Below, piece after piece: positions 1 to 9,894 of a stretch of 64,000 nt of DNA; the first letter of the stretch is position 1, and every line of letters starts with the position of its first letter. The DNA is from Cyclobacteriaceae bacterium. GTDB lineage: Bacteria > Bacteroidota > Bacteroidia > Cytophagales > Cyclobacteriaceae. The notes below the pieces were generated by a model. It had not been told where the DNA came from. It saw only the letters and a list, made by a program, of their open reading frames with translations, and ran no database searches. Where the stretch lies: positions 1,566-65,565 of the forward strand of contig JBBDSA010000080.1 in NCBI GenBank assembly GCA_040905165.1, read 5' to 3'. The translations under genes were made by a program, and so were the position numbers.

Positions 1-476
1 TATTCACCCCGATAAAAAACGTTAAATACAGGGTTGAAAATACCAGGGTAGAGCAAAAAACGGATTATGAACAACTGATCATGGAGGTGAGCACCGATGG
101 CTCTATCCATCCGGAAAAAGCCCTTCAGGAATCTGCAAAGATCCTTATTCAACATTTTATGTTGTTTTCTGACCAGACCATGGTCATAGATGCGCCAGGT
201 AGTGGGGCTATTGAACCCATAGATGAGGAATACCTTCACATGAGGAAACTGTTGAAAACCTCTCTTAGTGACCTGGATTTATCTGTGAGGGCCTATAACT
301 GCTTAAAAGCCGCCGATGTGAAGACCTTAGGCGACCTTGCCAAACTGGAAATTTCGGATATGATGAAATTCAGGAATTTTGGCAAAAAATCTTTGGCTGA
401 ACTGGAGCAACTGATCCAAGAGAAAGGGTTAACCTTCGGAATGGATTTGTCTAAGTATAAACTTGATGAAGAATAA
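1..476 (+). CDS. rpoA: RNA polymerase subunit alpha, C-terminal part (5' truncated by window)
   Basis: Frame is open from position 3 ([25 protein letters not shown]). Alpha-CTD motifs [12 protein letters not shown] and FRNFGKKSL. Lies directly upstream of rplQ. Confidence 0.97.
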   Translation, partial: FTPIKNVKYRVENTRVEQKTDYEQLIMEVSTDGSIHPEKALQESAKILIQHFMLFSDQTMVIDAPGSGAIEPIDEEYLHMRKLLKTSLSDLDLSVRAYNCLKAADVKTLGDLAKLEISDMMKFRNFGKKSLAELEQLIQEKGLTFGMDLSKYKLDEE

Positions 477-481
477 TTAAA

Positions 482-1330
482 ATGAGACACGGTAAGAAAT
501 TTAACCATTTAGGTAGAACCGCCTCGCATAGAAAGGCCATGCTTTCAAATATGGCCACGTCTCTATTGGAACACAAACGGATCAGTACTACCCTTGCCAA
601 GGCCAAAGAGCTGAGGAAATACATTGAGCCCTTGATCACCAAGGCCAAAGAGGATTCCACCCATAACAGGAGGGTGGTTTTTAGCTACCTGAAGAATAAA
701 GAATCCATCAAAAACCTTTTTGGTGAAGTAGTGGAGAAGGTGGGCAACCGACCAGGTGGGTATACCAGGATTATTAAAACCAATTTCAGGTTAGGAGATA
801 ATGCCAACATGTGTATTATCGAGTTGGTGGATTATAATGAACTGATGCTTAAGGAAGCTCAACCTGCCAAGAAATCCGGAAGAAGGAGAAGTAGAAGAGG
901 GTCTGGAAAAGCATCTGATGCAACTGACTCGCAGGAGGAGACCACAGAGAAAGTAGAAAAAGAAGGCAAAAAGAAAATAGCTGCCAAGGCAAAGGATGAA
1001 AAGTCTGATGCTAAGGATGAGAAGTCTGAAACTAAGCCCAAGGATGAAAAGTCCGAAACCAAAGCCAAGGATGAAAAATCTGAGGCTAAAGTCAAAGATG
1101 CTGAGTCCGAAACCAAGGCCAAGGATGAGAAATCCGAAACCAAGGATGCTGATGCCAGTGAAGCTAAAGCGGAATCAGAAGCCCCTAAGGCTGAAAAAGC
1201 TGCTGCACCAAAAGCTGCAGACGAAGCTGAAAAAGATAAGGCCTCTAAAGCCGAAGAAAAGGAGATGCCCAAGGCAAAAGATGAGGATGCAAAGGAAGAG
1301 GATACAGATGAAAGTAAAAAATCAGAGTAA
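482..1330 (+). CDS. rplQ: 50S ribosomal protein L17 with long charged C-terminal extension
   Basis: [31 protein letters not shown] and [11 protein letters not shown]17 motifs. The tail of about 160 aa is K/E/D/A-rich. Confidence 0.97.
   Translation: MRHGKKFNHLGRTASHRKAMLSNMATSLLEHKRISTTLAKAKELRKYIEPLITKAKEDSTHNRRVVFSYLKNKESIKNLFGEVVEKVGNRPGGYTRIIKTNFRLGDNANMCIIELVDYNELMLKEAQPAKKSGRRRSRRGSGKASDATDSQEETTEKVEKEGKKKIAAKAKDEKSDAKDEKSETKPKDEKSETKAKDEKSEAKVKDAESETKAKDEKSETKDADASEAKAESEAPKAEKAAAPKAADEAEKDKASKAEEKEMPKAKDEDAKEEDTDESKKSE
992..1147 (+). repeat. In-frame tandem repeat in the rplQ tail (one 21-nt unit plus five ~27-nt units, KDEKSETKx)
   Basis: Units start at 992, 1013, 1040, 1067, 1094 and 1121: KDEKSDA / KDEKSETKP / KDEKSETKA / KDEKSEAKV / KDAESETKA / KDEKSETKD. 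Confidence 0.9.
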
Positions 1331-1355
1331 TCCGTGTCTTCATTTTAAAATCATA

Positions 1356-1388
1356 GGGGGATTGGACATTTGTTCAATCCCTTTTTTT
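1356..1388 (+). terminator. Rho-independent terminator of the alpha operon
   Basis: Stem GGGATTGGAC-ATTT-GTTCAATCCC followed by a T7 run. Confidence 0.85.
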
Positions 1389-1430
1389 GTATCCTTTTGT
1401 TCATATGCTTTCTACTCCTTAGAAATTTAT

Positions 1431-1438
1431 TAAATTTG
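1431..1438 (+). promoter_or_regulatory. Bacteroidota sigmaA -7 box for carA-eno
   Basis: TAAATTTG matches TAnnTTTG, 16 nt before the carA ATG. Confidence 0.7.
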
Positions 1439-1454
1439 CCTATCAAAAATCAAC

Positions 1455-2546
1455 ATGAATAAGAAAAAAGCCACCCTTCTTTTTGCAGACGGTACGGTTG
1501 TTAAAGGAAGCCTCGTTGGTAGCCATGGAACCAACGGCGGAGAAATCTGTTTCAATACCGGGATGACCGGATATCAGGAAATTTATACAGACCCGTCTTA
1601 TGCCGGTCAGATCATCGTAAATACCACCCCACATATTGGTAATTATGGGGTGATAGATGAAGATCAGGAATCGGACCGGCCTTTGATTGCAGGTATTGTG
1701 GTCAATGATTTTTCTCAGATTTACAGCAGGTTGGATGCCAAACAGTCCCTACAGCAATATTTGGAAGATCACGGCATCACGGGAATTGCTGACATTGATA
1801 CCCGAAAACTGGTTAGACATATCCGGTCCAAAGGCGCGATGAATGCCATCATCAGTTCTGAATTTGAGGACATCGAAGCTTTACAAAAGGAGCTGGAAAA
1901 AGTACCGGACATGAATGGCCTGGAACTATCGTCTCAGGTCTGCACCAAAGTGCCGTTTTATTTTGGTGATGAAAATGCGCCTATTAAAGTGGCATGTGTG
2001 GATTATGGGATAAAAAGGAATATTTTGAGATGTCTGGCAGAAAGGGGAGTCTATTGTAAGGTTTTTCCTGCCAAGACCACATTGTCAGAAATGGAAGAAT
2101 GGGCGCCACATGCTTATTTTCTTTCCAATGGACCAGGGGATCCAGCAGTAATGCAATATGCAGTGGACACCACCAAAGAAATTCTTGCACTTAACAAACC
2201 CTTATTTGGGATATGTCTCGGTCATCAAATATTGGCCAGGGCCTGCAATGTCTCCACCTATAAGATGCACCATGGCCACCGAGGCCTGAACCATCCCATC
2301 AGAAACAATATTACCGGAAAAAGTGAAATTACCTCTCAAAATCATGGATTTGGCGTCAGTAAGGAAGATATTGATGGAAATCCCGATTTGGAAATCACTC
2401 ATATTCACCTAAACGATGGTACTGTAGCCGGTTTAAAATTAAAAAATAAGCCAGCATTTTCAGTTCAATATCATCCCGAAAGTTCACCTGGCCCACATGA
2501 TTCCAGGTATTTATTTGAACAATTTATATCCCTCATACAGAATTAA
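1455..2546 (+). CDS. carA: Carbamoyl-phosphate synthase small subunit
   Basis: GEICFNTGMTGYQE, LSNGPGDP, FGICLGHQ (catalytic Cys) and QYHPESSPGPHD. Confidence 0.97.
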   Translation: MNKKKATLLFADGTVVKGSLVGSHGTNGGEICFNTGMTGYQEIYTDPSYAGQIIVNTTPHIGNYGVIDEDQESDRPLIAGIVVNDFSQIYSRLDAKQSLQQYLEDHGITGIADIDTRKLVRHIRSKGAMNAIISSEFEDIEALQKELEKVPDMNGLELSSQVCTKVPFYFGDENAPIKVACVDYGIKRNILRCLAERGVYCKVFPAKTTLSEMEEWAPHAYFLSNGPGDPAVMQYAVDTTKEILALNKPLFGICLGHQILARACNVSTYKMHHGHRGLNHPIRNNITGKSEITSQNHGFGVSKEDIDGNPDLEITHIHLNDGTVAGLKLKNKPAFSVQYHPESSPGPHDSRYLFEQFISLIQN

Positions 2547-3842
<1,296 letters not shown>

Positions 3843-3887
3843 TTCTTTTGCTGCCACCTCATGTAGGTGAATCAGCAATTTGTAATC

Positions 3888-3930
3888 AAAAAACCCTTTG
3901 AAGCCCAGACTTTAAAGGGTTTTTTGTTTT
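3888..3930 (+). terminator. Rho-independent terminator after eno
   Basis: AAAAAACCCTTTGAAG-CCCAGA-CTTTAAAGGGTTTTTT followed by a further T run. Confidence 0.85.
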
Positions 3931-4050
3931 TCTTCCCCAAATGGAAAGGTCAGCAGGGAATTTATCAATTCATATGTACCGTGATCATTATTCCAAACAA
4001 AAAAGCAATTATTGGAATAACCGTTCTTGGTAGGTTAGCATTAGTTTTTC

Positions 4051-4058
4051 TATATTTG
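4051..4058 (+). promoter_or_regulatory. -7 box for the ftsB-like/cysE/cysM operon
   Basis: TATATTTG, 20 nt before the ATG at 4079. Confidence 0.7.
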
Positions 4059-4078
4059 TAAAAACATACAGGAAGAAA

Positions 4079-4366
4079 ATGGCGAAATACCTTAAGTACA
4101 CCAAAAACTTCTATTTTATTTTTACCGTTTTATTCATTTTATGGATGGTATTTATTGACACCAATGATATCGTCAGCCATTTTAAACTGCGCGCCAAACT
4201 GAACGAACTTGAAAAGCAAAAGGAATTTTACCTGGAGCGGAAAGAGAAAATCAAGGCTGAAAGGGAAGAATTGATGAGCAATGATGAACTTTTGGAGAAG
4301 TTTGCCCGGGAAAGGTATTTGATGAAAAGAAAAACGGAAGACCTGTATGTTATCATTGAGGAATAA
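4079..4366 (+). CDS. Septum formation initiator (FtsB/DivIC family)
   Basis: Single N-terminal TM, coiled coil and LEKFARERYLMK motif. Located downstream of eno. Confidence 0.85.
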   Translation: MAKYLKYTKNFYFIFTVLFILWMVFIDTNDIVSHFKLRAKLNELEKQKEFYLERKEKIKAEREELMSNDELLEKFARERYLMKRKTEDLYVIIEE

Positions 4367-4925
4367 ATCGGTTTTATTTAATTTTTATTTCATTGTTGTT
4401 ATCCTTTTTGTTGTTTTTGCTTTTGAGGCAAAGGCCCAACGGGAAATTTATCCTGAAGAAAATCCCCCTTTAAAAGACAGGATGTATTTTGGCGGCAACC
4501 TGAGCCTTCAAATTAGTTCCATTACCTTTATTGACGTGTCCCCTTTGGCAGGAGCCATGATTTCAGAGAAATATTCTGCCGGTCTGGGGGCCACCTATCA
4601 GTATTTTAATAATCGTTTTTACAGGAATGCCGCCTCACATGTCTATGGGGGGAGAATATTTAACAGGTACAATATATTTCCCAGAATTTTTCTTCATGTG
4701 GAGTATGAAGCACTGAATGTGAAAGTTGCCAATCCTATTCCGAATACCAATGATTATTTTTTCACCAGGGATTGGGTACCGGGACTTTTTGGAGGAGCCG
4801 GATATTTTACTCCCTTTGGCATCCGGGGAGGAATGAATTTTATGCTTCTTTATAATTTTACCTATGACAACATAAGATCTCCATATAATGAACCATATGT
4901 GTTTAGAGTAGGTTTAGTATTCTAA
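4347..4925 (+). CDS. Conserved hypothetical, probable small outer-membrane beta-barrel protein
   Basis: Signal peptide ending AKA-Q. Alternating aromatic/Gly beta-strands. C-terminal Phe (FRVGLVF). Confidence 0.65.
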   Translation: MLSLRNKSVLFNFYFIVVILFVVFAFEAKAQREIYPEENPPLKDRMYFGGNLSLQISSITFIDVSPLAGAMISEKYSAGLGATYQYFNNRFYRNAASHVYGGRIFNRYNIFPRIFLHVEYEALNVKVANPIPNTNDYFFTRDWVPGLFGGAGYFTPFGIRGGMNFMLLYNFTYDNIRSPYNEPYVFRVGLVF

Positions 4926-4937
4926 ACACCCTTCTTT

Positions 4938-5771
4938 ATGGATTCATTCATTGACCGTTTGCACCAAGCACATAACAGGTGTCCTGAATGCCCTTCACCA
5001 AAGGTCATCCGAAGATTTTTTGATGATGTTTTAGGTATCCTTTTTCCTGAGCATGCCAACGAGATTCTTAAGGAAAGAGGTAATCTTGAGATGAAGTTTT
5101 TTGACCTTCGGATCCAGTTGGGAAAAATCCTTAAAAATAACGCCCAGCTTCATCAGGGCCATGGAGAAGAGTTGGGCAATCGGTTTTTTGATAAGTTGGA
5201 GGAAGTTTTTAACCTTTTACACGAGGACCTGGATGCCATGTATGAAGGAGACCCCGCAGCAAAATCAAAAACCGAAATAATTCGTTGTTACCCGGGTTTT
5301 TATGCTGTGTCTGCGTATAGAATTGCCCATTCTTTACATCAGTTGGGAATAAGCTTGATCCCAAGAATGATCACAGAATATGCCCACAGTAAATCAGGGG
5401 TGGATATTCATCCGGGAGCTACAATCGGCCGTTATTTTTGTATTGATCATGGAACTGGTGTAGTCATCGGGGAAACCACTGTCGTAGGAGATCACGTCAA
5501 GATTTATCAAGGGGTCACTTTAGGTGCACTCAGTGTAAATAAAGAAGATGCGGATAAAAAGAGACATCCTACCATTGAAGACCATGTGGTGATCTATGCA
5601 GGCGCCACTATTTTGGGGGGTGATACCGTGATAGGTCGCGAGAGTGTGGTAGGGGGGAATGTGTGGTTAACCAAAAGTATACCGGCCAAAAGTAAAATAT
5701 ATTACCAAACCAAAATTTATGATGGTTCTTCCAATCAAACCGATTTTTATGTGTTGAAAAGCGACGCTTGA
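4938..5771 (+). CDS. cysE: Serine O-acetyltransferase
   Basis: GDPAA, GVDIHPGATIG, IDHGTGVVIGET, YQGVTLG and KRHPTIED hexapeptide motifs. Adjacent to cysteine synthase. Confidence 0.93.
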   Translation: MDSFIDRLHQAHNRCPECPSPKVIRRFFDDVLGILFPEHANEILKERGNLEMKFFDLRIQLGKILKNNAQLHQGHGEELGNRFFDKLEEVFNLLHEDLDAMYEGDPAAKSKTEIIRCYPGFYAVSAYRIAHSLHQLGISLIPRMITEYAHSKSGVDIHPGATIGRYFCIDHGTGVVIGETTVVGDHVKIYQGVTLGALSVNKEDADKKRHPTIEDHVVIYAGATILGGDTVIGRESVVGGNVWLTKSIPAKSKIYYQTKIYDGSSNQTDFYVLKSDA

Positions 5772-5791
5772 GCACCATCCCTTATTAGCCT

Positions 5792-6670
5792 ATGAAGTTA
5801 TTTGAATTGATCGGCAATACGCCATTGATTGAATTGGAACAAATTCCTACCAACCCAAATGTCAAAATTTTTTGTAAACTGGAAGGTCAGAACCCGGGGG
5901 GGTCTGTAAAAGACCGGGCAGCATACCATATGATCCGTTCGGCCCTGGAAAGGGGTGACATCAAAAGGGGCTCCAAATTGGTAGAAGCAACCAGTGGCAA
6001 TACGGGTATTGCATTGGCCATGGTGGCCAATCTGCTGGGCGTGGAAATGACCCTGGTTATGCCAGACAATTCCACCAGGGAGCGCATACAGTCAATGAAA
6101 GCTTATGGTGCGAAATTAATCCTGACTCCGGCAGAGAAAACTATAGAATATGCGAGGACACTTTCCGAAGAAATGGTTGCGAATGAAGGTTATTTTATGC
6201 TTAACCAATTTTCCAATCCTGATAATTTCCTGGCCCATTACCAAACTACAGGTCCTGAGATTTACCGGGATACTCTAGGGAGCATCACCCATTTTGTGTC
6301 TGCTATGGGTACCACAGGTACCATTATGGGCGTATCCAGGTATTTGAAAGAAAAAAATAAGGCCATCCGCATTGTAGGTACTCAGCCCACGGATGGATCC
6401 AATATACCGGGCATCCGCCGTTGGTCCCCGGAATTTTTACCTAAAATTTTTGAACCGGAAAGGGTGGATCAAGTGATCGATGTCAGTGAAAAGCAGGCTA
6501 CCGACATGACAAGGAGAATGGCGAAGGAGGAAGGGATTCTGGCAGGCATGAGTAGTGGTGGGGCCCTGCATGCAGCCATAGAACTGGCCAAAACTCTGGA
6601 GGAGGGTGTAATTGTTTGTATTACCTGCGATCGGGGTGATCGGTATTTGAGTTCATCCCTTTTCGGCTAA
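5792..6670 (+). CDS. cysM: Cysteine synthase B
   Basis: IGNTPL, NPGGSVKDR (PLP lysine), EATSGNTG, MGTTGTIMG, IPGIRRW and CDRGDRYLSS (CysM-type). Confidence 0.93.
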   Translation: MKLFELIGNTPLIELEQIPTNPNVKIFCKLEGQNPGGSVKDRAAYHMIRSALERGDIKRGSKLVEATSGNTGIALAMVANLLGVEMTLVMPDNSTRERIQSMKAYGAKLILTPAEKTIEYARTLSEEMVANEGYFMLNQFSNPDNFLAHYQTTGPEIYRDTLGSITHFVSAMGTTGTIMGVSRYLKEKNKAIRIVGTQPTDGSNIPGIRRWSPEFLPKIFEPERVDQVIDVSEKQATDMTRRMAKEEGILAGMSSGGALHAAIELAKTLEEGVIVCITCDRGDRYLSSSLFG

Positions 6671-6877
6671 TATTAACTAAAAACTGCTGTTTTATTTTTA
6701 CTTTTATTTCAAATCATAATGCCTTCATAAAAGTAATGAACTGAGCCCAACCGAATATTGGCAGAGGTACCATGTCGGTGAAAATTTTAACTGATATGTA
6801 TTTATATAACTGGAGGATTCCAGATTTCCAACCAGAATTTTTTGATGGTAATCAAATTTTCCAATATCTTGCAGGCA

Positions 6878-8077
6878 ATGGAAGACTATAAGCAGATTAA
6901 GACCCTTTGCCAAAAAAATTCAGACGCTACTTTTAAGATACTGGATGAATTTCTGCTGTATTATGCAGCAGAAAAGGATAAGTTAGGAAAAGAGGCGGAC
7001 CGCAGATTGGGTACCTACCGTCACATTACCCAAAAACTGGACAAAAGCTGGTATAACCTGCTCAAGTCCCAATTCATCATTCACAAGGTCATGAAAAAGG
7101 ATGGATTGGTGCACAAATACCTTAATCATGTTGCCTTGCAAAATAGGGATCCCTCCCAAAAGGAATGGTTGGAAGAACAATCAGCCACTCCATGGCGATT
7201 CAGTTTTGCAATCATTGATGAAAAAGTGGCTGAGGATTTTTACAGGATGCTGGATGTTTTTACCGGGGAAAATTACCTGTTATATTCTACCAGCATGAGT
7301 GATACCCTGAAGGAGGGTCCCAGAGAACTGTGGTTCAACCTGATTGGGTTTAACGGTTCCTGCTGGCAAACTTATGGGCCTTTAGCGGGTTACAGAAGCT
7401 TCGGTCCGGATGATATCTTCTTTTTTGCCACCGAACTAAACCCATCCATAGCTGATGATGAAGACCTGATGGCCGATGTAGAAAGAAATCCGGTGCCTTA
7501 TATGATGTTATTTTCGGGATCCGATCTGCCACTAACCGTTCATGAAGCACACCCTTTGGTCATCGCTCTCTCCGAACTGGAAGGAGTTTCCCTGGAGGCA
7601 AAAAATTTGGAAAAAGATTTTAATCATGATTATTTAAATGGGGTTCATAAGCTGAGTTTAAAAGGATGGGAGCTTCAGCCTCATTTTTCTGTAGCTTATT
7701 ATGATGAAACGGACCATATACTCCAAATTACGGCACTTACCGAAATGGGCTATCTCAAATTGGTGGAAGTTTTGAATACTTATGAAATGGACCTGGATGA
7801 GGTGCCGGACATCCAGGTTAAACCCAGTATGCTAAACACCACGGGGGATATTTTAAAACGAAAAATAGAATTGATGCCTTATGAACTCCTTTTCGAATCC
7901 CAGCAGGATCCAGCATCAGAAGCAGAACTGGAAAAAATCAACCATTTGATGGAATTGGCCCTTCCCGATATCAATGCCGGAAAAATGCCGGATATAGACG
8001 GCCTGGCCAAAAAAGTAGGTTTGGATAGTGAAACCACCAGGGAGATCTTGGAACAGGTGATGGGAAAATTAAAATAG
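6878..8077 (+). CDS. Hypothetical cytoplasmic protein (~399 aa), family not recognised
   Basis: Long uninterrupted ORF with an acidic C-terminal half. ATG 6878 is preferred over TTG 6842 because a -7-like TATCTTGC lies just upstream. Confidence 0.75.
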   Translation: MEDYKQIKTLCQKNSDATFKILDEFLLYYAAEKDKLGKEADRRLGTYRHITQKLDKSWYNLLKSQFIIHKVMKKDGLVHKYLNHVALQNRDPSQKEWLEEQSATPWRFSFAIIDEKVAEDFYRMLDVFTGENYLLYSTSMSDTLKEGPRELWFNLIGFNGSCWQTYGPLAGYRSFGPDDIFFFATELNPSIADDEDLMADVERNPVPYMMLFSGSDLPLTVHEAHPLVIALSELEGVSLEAKNLEKDFNHDYLNGVHKLSLKGWELQPHFSVAYYDETDHILQITALTEMGYLKLVEVLNTYEMDLDEVPDIQVKPSMLNTTGDILKRKIELMPYELLFESQQDPASEAELEKINHLMELALPDINAGKMPDIDGLAKKVGLDSETTREILEQVMGKLK

Positions 8078-8209
8078 AAGCGAAACGGATGCGTCAGGTT
8101 ATTTTTTTGGAGAATGGAGATGGGTCCTTCATGCCATATCAGTGGATTGAAGTTCATTATTACTGTTTTTTTCCATGGTTTTCATTTCAAGCCCTTTGAT
8201 GGATTTAAT

Positions 8210-8896
8210 TCATTTATCCCATTGCTCAAAAAATTCTATCCAGCCTTCCTTCAAAGACTTTTTGGTGTTTCTTTTCCATTCCCTGGCATAAAAATATTTT
8301 TCCAGGATTAAGTTGATGGAAGGAATATCCACCTTTTCAAAATCATAGGTTGTTTTAAAATCCATGCCCTGCCACTCCCTGAATGACCGGTATTCCGGGT
8401 CTTTTCTGTTGTTGATGGTCCTGCAAAATTCTTCATAACCCCAGGTCCCACCCACATCCTCCGGCGGACATTTTCCAAAGGCATCCAGACATACCGGTAG
8501 GCCTGAATAGTGCTGGAGGTCCTTTTTGGTTGCCTTGAGAACAGTGATCTTATGCCACCAATCGTCTCCAAAATCATACCAATACCATAAGCTTTTTCTT
8601 CCCAAACCCTCAAGATAGTCTATTCTAAGCTGTATCTGGTGGGCCTCAAATTCATTTGGAAGCATATCCTCGTAGGGATCTATTTCCCCAAAGCCGGCAA
8701 TGATATGTGGATTATTTTTCCTGTCCATAAACTGAAATAAATGACTAAAGGTCCAGCCCATGGCGATTTGAATAACAGCATGCAGCTGCATCATATTGAT
8801 GTTGTTTGGTACCAAAATCTGTCGAAAAACACCATGAGGCATATTTTCCAGTTGTATATTTAGTTTAAGGGGCAAAAGGCTTTTTGAATTATTCAT
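8210..8896 (-). CDS. Plasmid pRiA4b ORF-3 family protein
   Basis: Family motifs VFRQILVP, LHAVIQIAMGW.SHLFQF, YWYDFGDDWWHKI and GKCPPEDVGG.GY. Confidence 0.88.
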   Translation of the reverse strand: MNNSKSLLPLKLNIQLENMPHGVFRQILVPNNINMMQLHAVIQIAMGWTFSHLFQFMDRKNNPHIIAGFGEIDPYEDMLPNEFEAHQIQLRIDYLEGLGRKSLWYWYDFGDDWWHKITVLKATKKDLQHYSGLPVCLDAFGKCPPEDVGGTWGYEEFCRTINNRKDPEYRSFREWQGMDFKTTYDFEKVDIPSINLILEKYFYAREWKRNTKKSLKEGWIEFFEQWDK

Positions 8897-9110
8897 TAAA
8901 TTTAATTTCTAGGTCTTTCGAAGTAGGATCAATAGACTAAATTAAGGATCATGCGCTTAATATTCCTTTCAATCGATTTTTTTTTATGAATTAACCAAAA
9001 GCGGATGTTATGAGTGTTCGAAGAGGAAGACAGATAATGGTCAGTAAAAGTAAAACTTTGACCAAATTTCTTGGTAGAGTGATTGATAACCAAAATTGGC
9101 CAAGCTTAAG

Positions 9111-9180
9111 AAACATGACTTTAATCATGTTTGCACCTTCTGAAAATCAATATCCCTGATCCAAGACTGCATTAGTTTTG
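9111..9180 (+). promoter_or_regulatory. Promoter with FNR/Crp-like palindrome and -7 box
   Basis: AAACATGA-CTTTAA-TCATGTTT inverted repeat at 9111-9132. Second half-site ATCAA ends at 9150. TAGTTTTG -7 box at 9173-9180. Confidence 0.65.
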
Positions 9181-9202
9181 TAAGAACAGATAACATAAAC
9201 GG

Positions 9203-9832
9203 ATGCATAGTAAGTTGGAAGTAAATATGGCTTTTCCCGAGGAATTCGTCACGGCCCATTACTACAACCATTTGCCCATAGGGTTTGATAAGGTGGTAAT
9301 GGATCCAAAATTAGGTCAGAAAAATAAAGGGAATTTGATGCCCAAGCTTTATACTGCTCATCTCCCCCAGATTTTGAATTGGCTTCATGAATTGGACCAG
9401 CCAAGGATATGGGAAAATGAACCCTGTGAAATTCCGATTTTGTTATTTGATAAGGAAATTTCATTTGAAAGCTTATTGTTCCATTATGATGGTACTCCGG
9501 CTTCTGCGGCATTAATACATCATTTTCTTTCTCTTTTTTCAGAAAACATTCGAAACAGCAAGGCTACTATCATTTCTCCGGCTTTTATTTCCAGATCCAA
9601 GCAGAAAGAAGAGCAGGAGCTCATCCGGAGTGTCAGTGCCTATACCGCAGAAACATCTTTTATCAAATTCAATTTTAACCGGATCGGTGATTTTTGGTCG
9701 TATGCTGTTAAACATCAATGTACTCTCCTGGTGACCGCCAAAAAAAATCAGGCAGACCTCGCCAAAGTACTTTTTCATTTTTACAAAGGAGGGATGTGGT
9801 ATGCACGTCTTTCTTTTTATCTTTCAATATAA
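9203..9832 (+). CDS. Hypothetical protein, probable degenerate universal stress protein (USP)-like domain
   Basis: CEIPILLF...FESLLFHYDGTPASAALI resembles the start of a C-terminal USP domain. Sits at the head of the cbb3 cluster. Confidence 0.55.
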   Translation: MHSKLEVNMAFPEEFVTAHYYNHLPIGFDKVVMDPKLGQKNKGNLMPKLYTAHLPQILNWLHELDQPRIWENEPCEIPILLFDKEISFESLLFHYDGTPASAALIHHFLSLFSENIRNSKATIISPAFISRSKQKEEQELIRSVSAYTAETSFIKFNFNRIGDFWSYAVKHQCTLLVTAKKNQADLAKVLFHFYKGGMWYARLSFYLSI

Positions 9833-9888
9833 ATCATGATATTTAATAACTTTTGTCATTTTTTAGCTAAAAAGGTCCACTAACTTGC
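9824..9888 (+). promoter_or_regulatory. Putative ccoI promoter with tandem FNR-like sites
   Basis: TCAATATAAATCAT (9824-9837) and ATAACTTTTGTCAT (9846-9859). Imperfect -7 box TAACTTGC at 9881-9888. Confidence 0.45.
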
Positions 9889-9894
9889 CTGGGT

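Noticed and set aside
992-1147. Repeat array as a possible CRISPR
   Set aside because: Units are contiguous, in frame and diverge at synonymous sites. There are no spacers or cas genes.
859-1433. Alternative-frame ORFs 996..1433 (+) and 859..1272 (-) over rplQ
   Set aside because: By-products of the low-complexity repeat, which lacks stops in other frames. The + ORF also runs through the terminator.
5896-5902. G7 run in cysM (and a similar run in cysE) as phase-variation tracts
   Set aside because: Short runs encoding conserved Gly-Gly motifs, with both frames intact.
8210-8896. pRiA4b ORF-3 gene as evidence of an IS or plasmid insertion
   Set aside because: No transposase, integrase, terminal inverted repeats or target duplication visible, so no mobile element is called.
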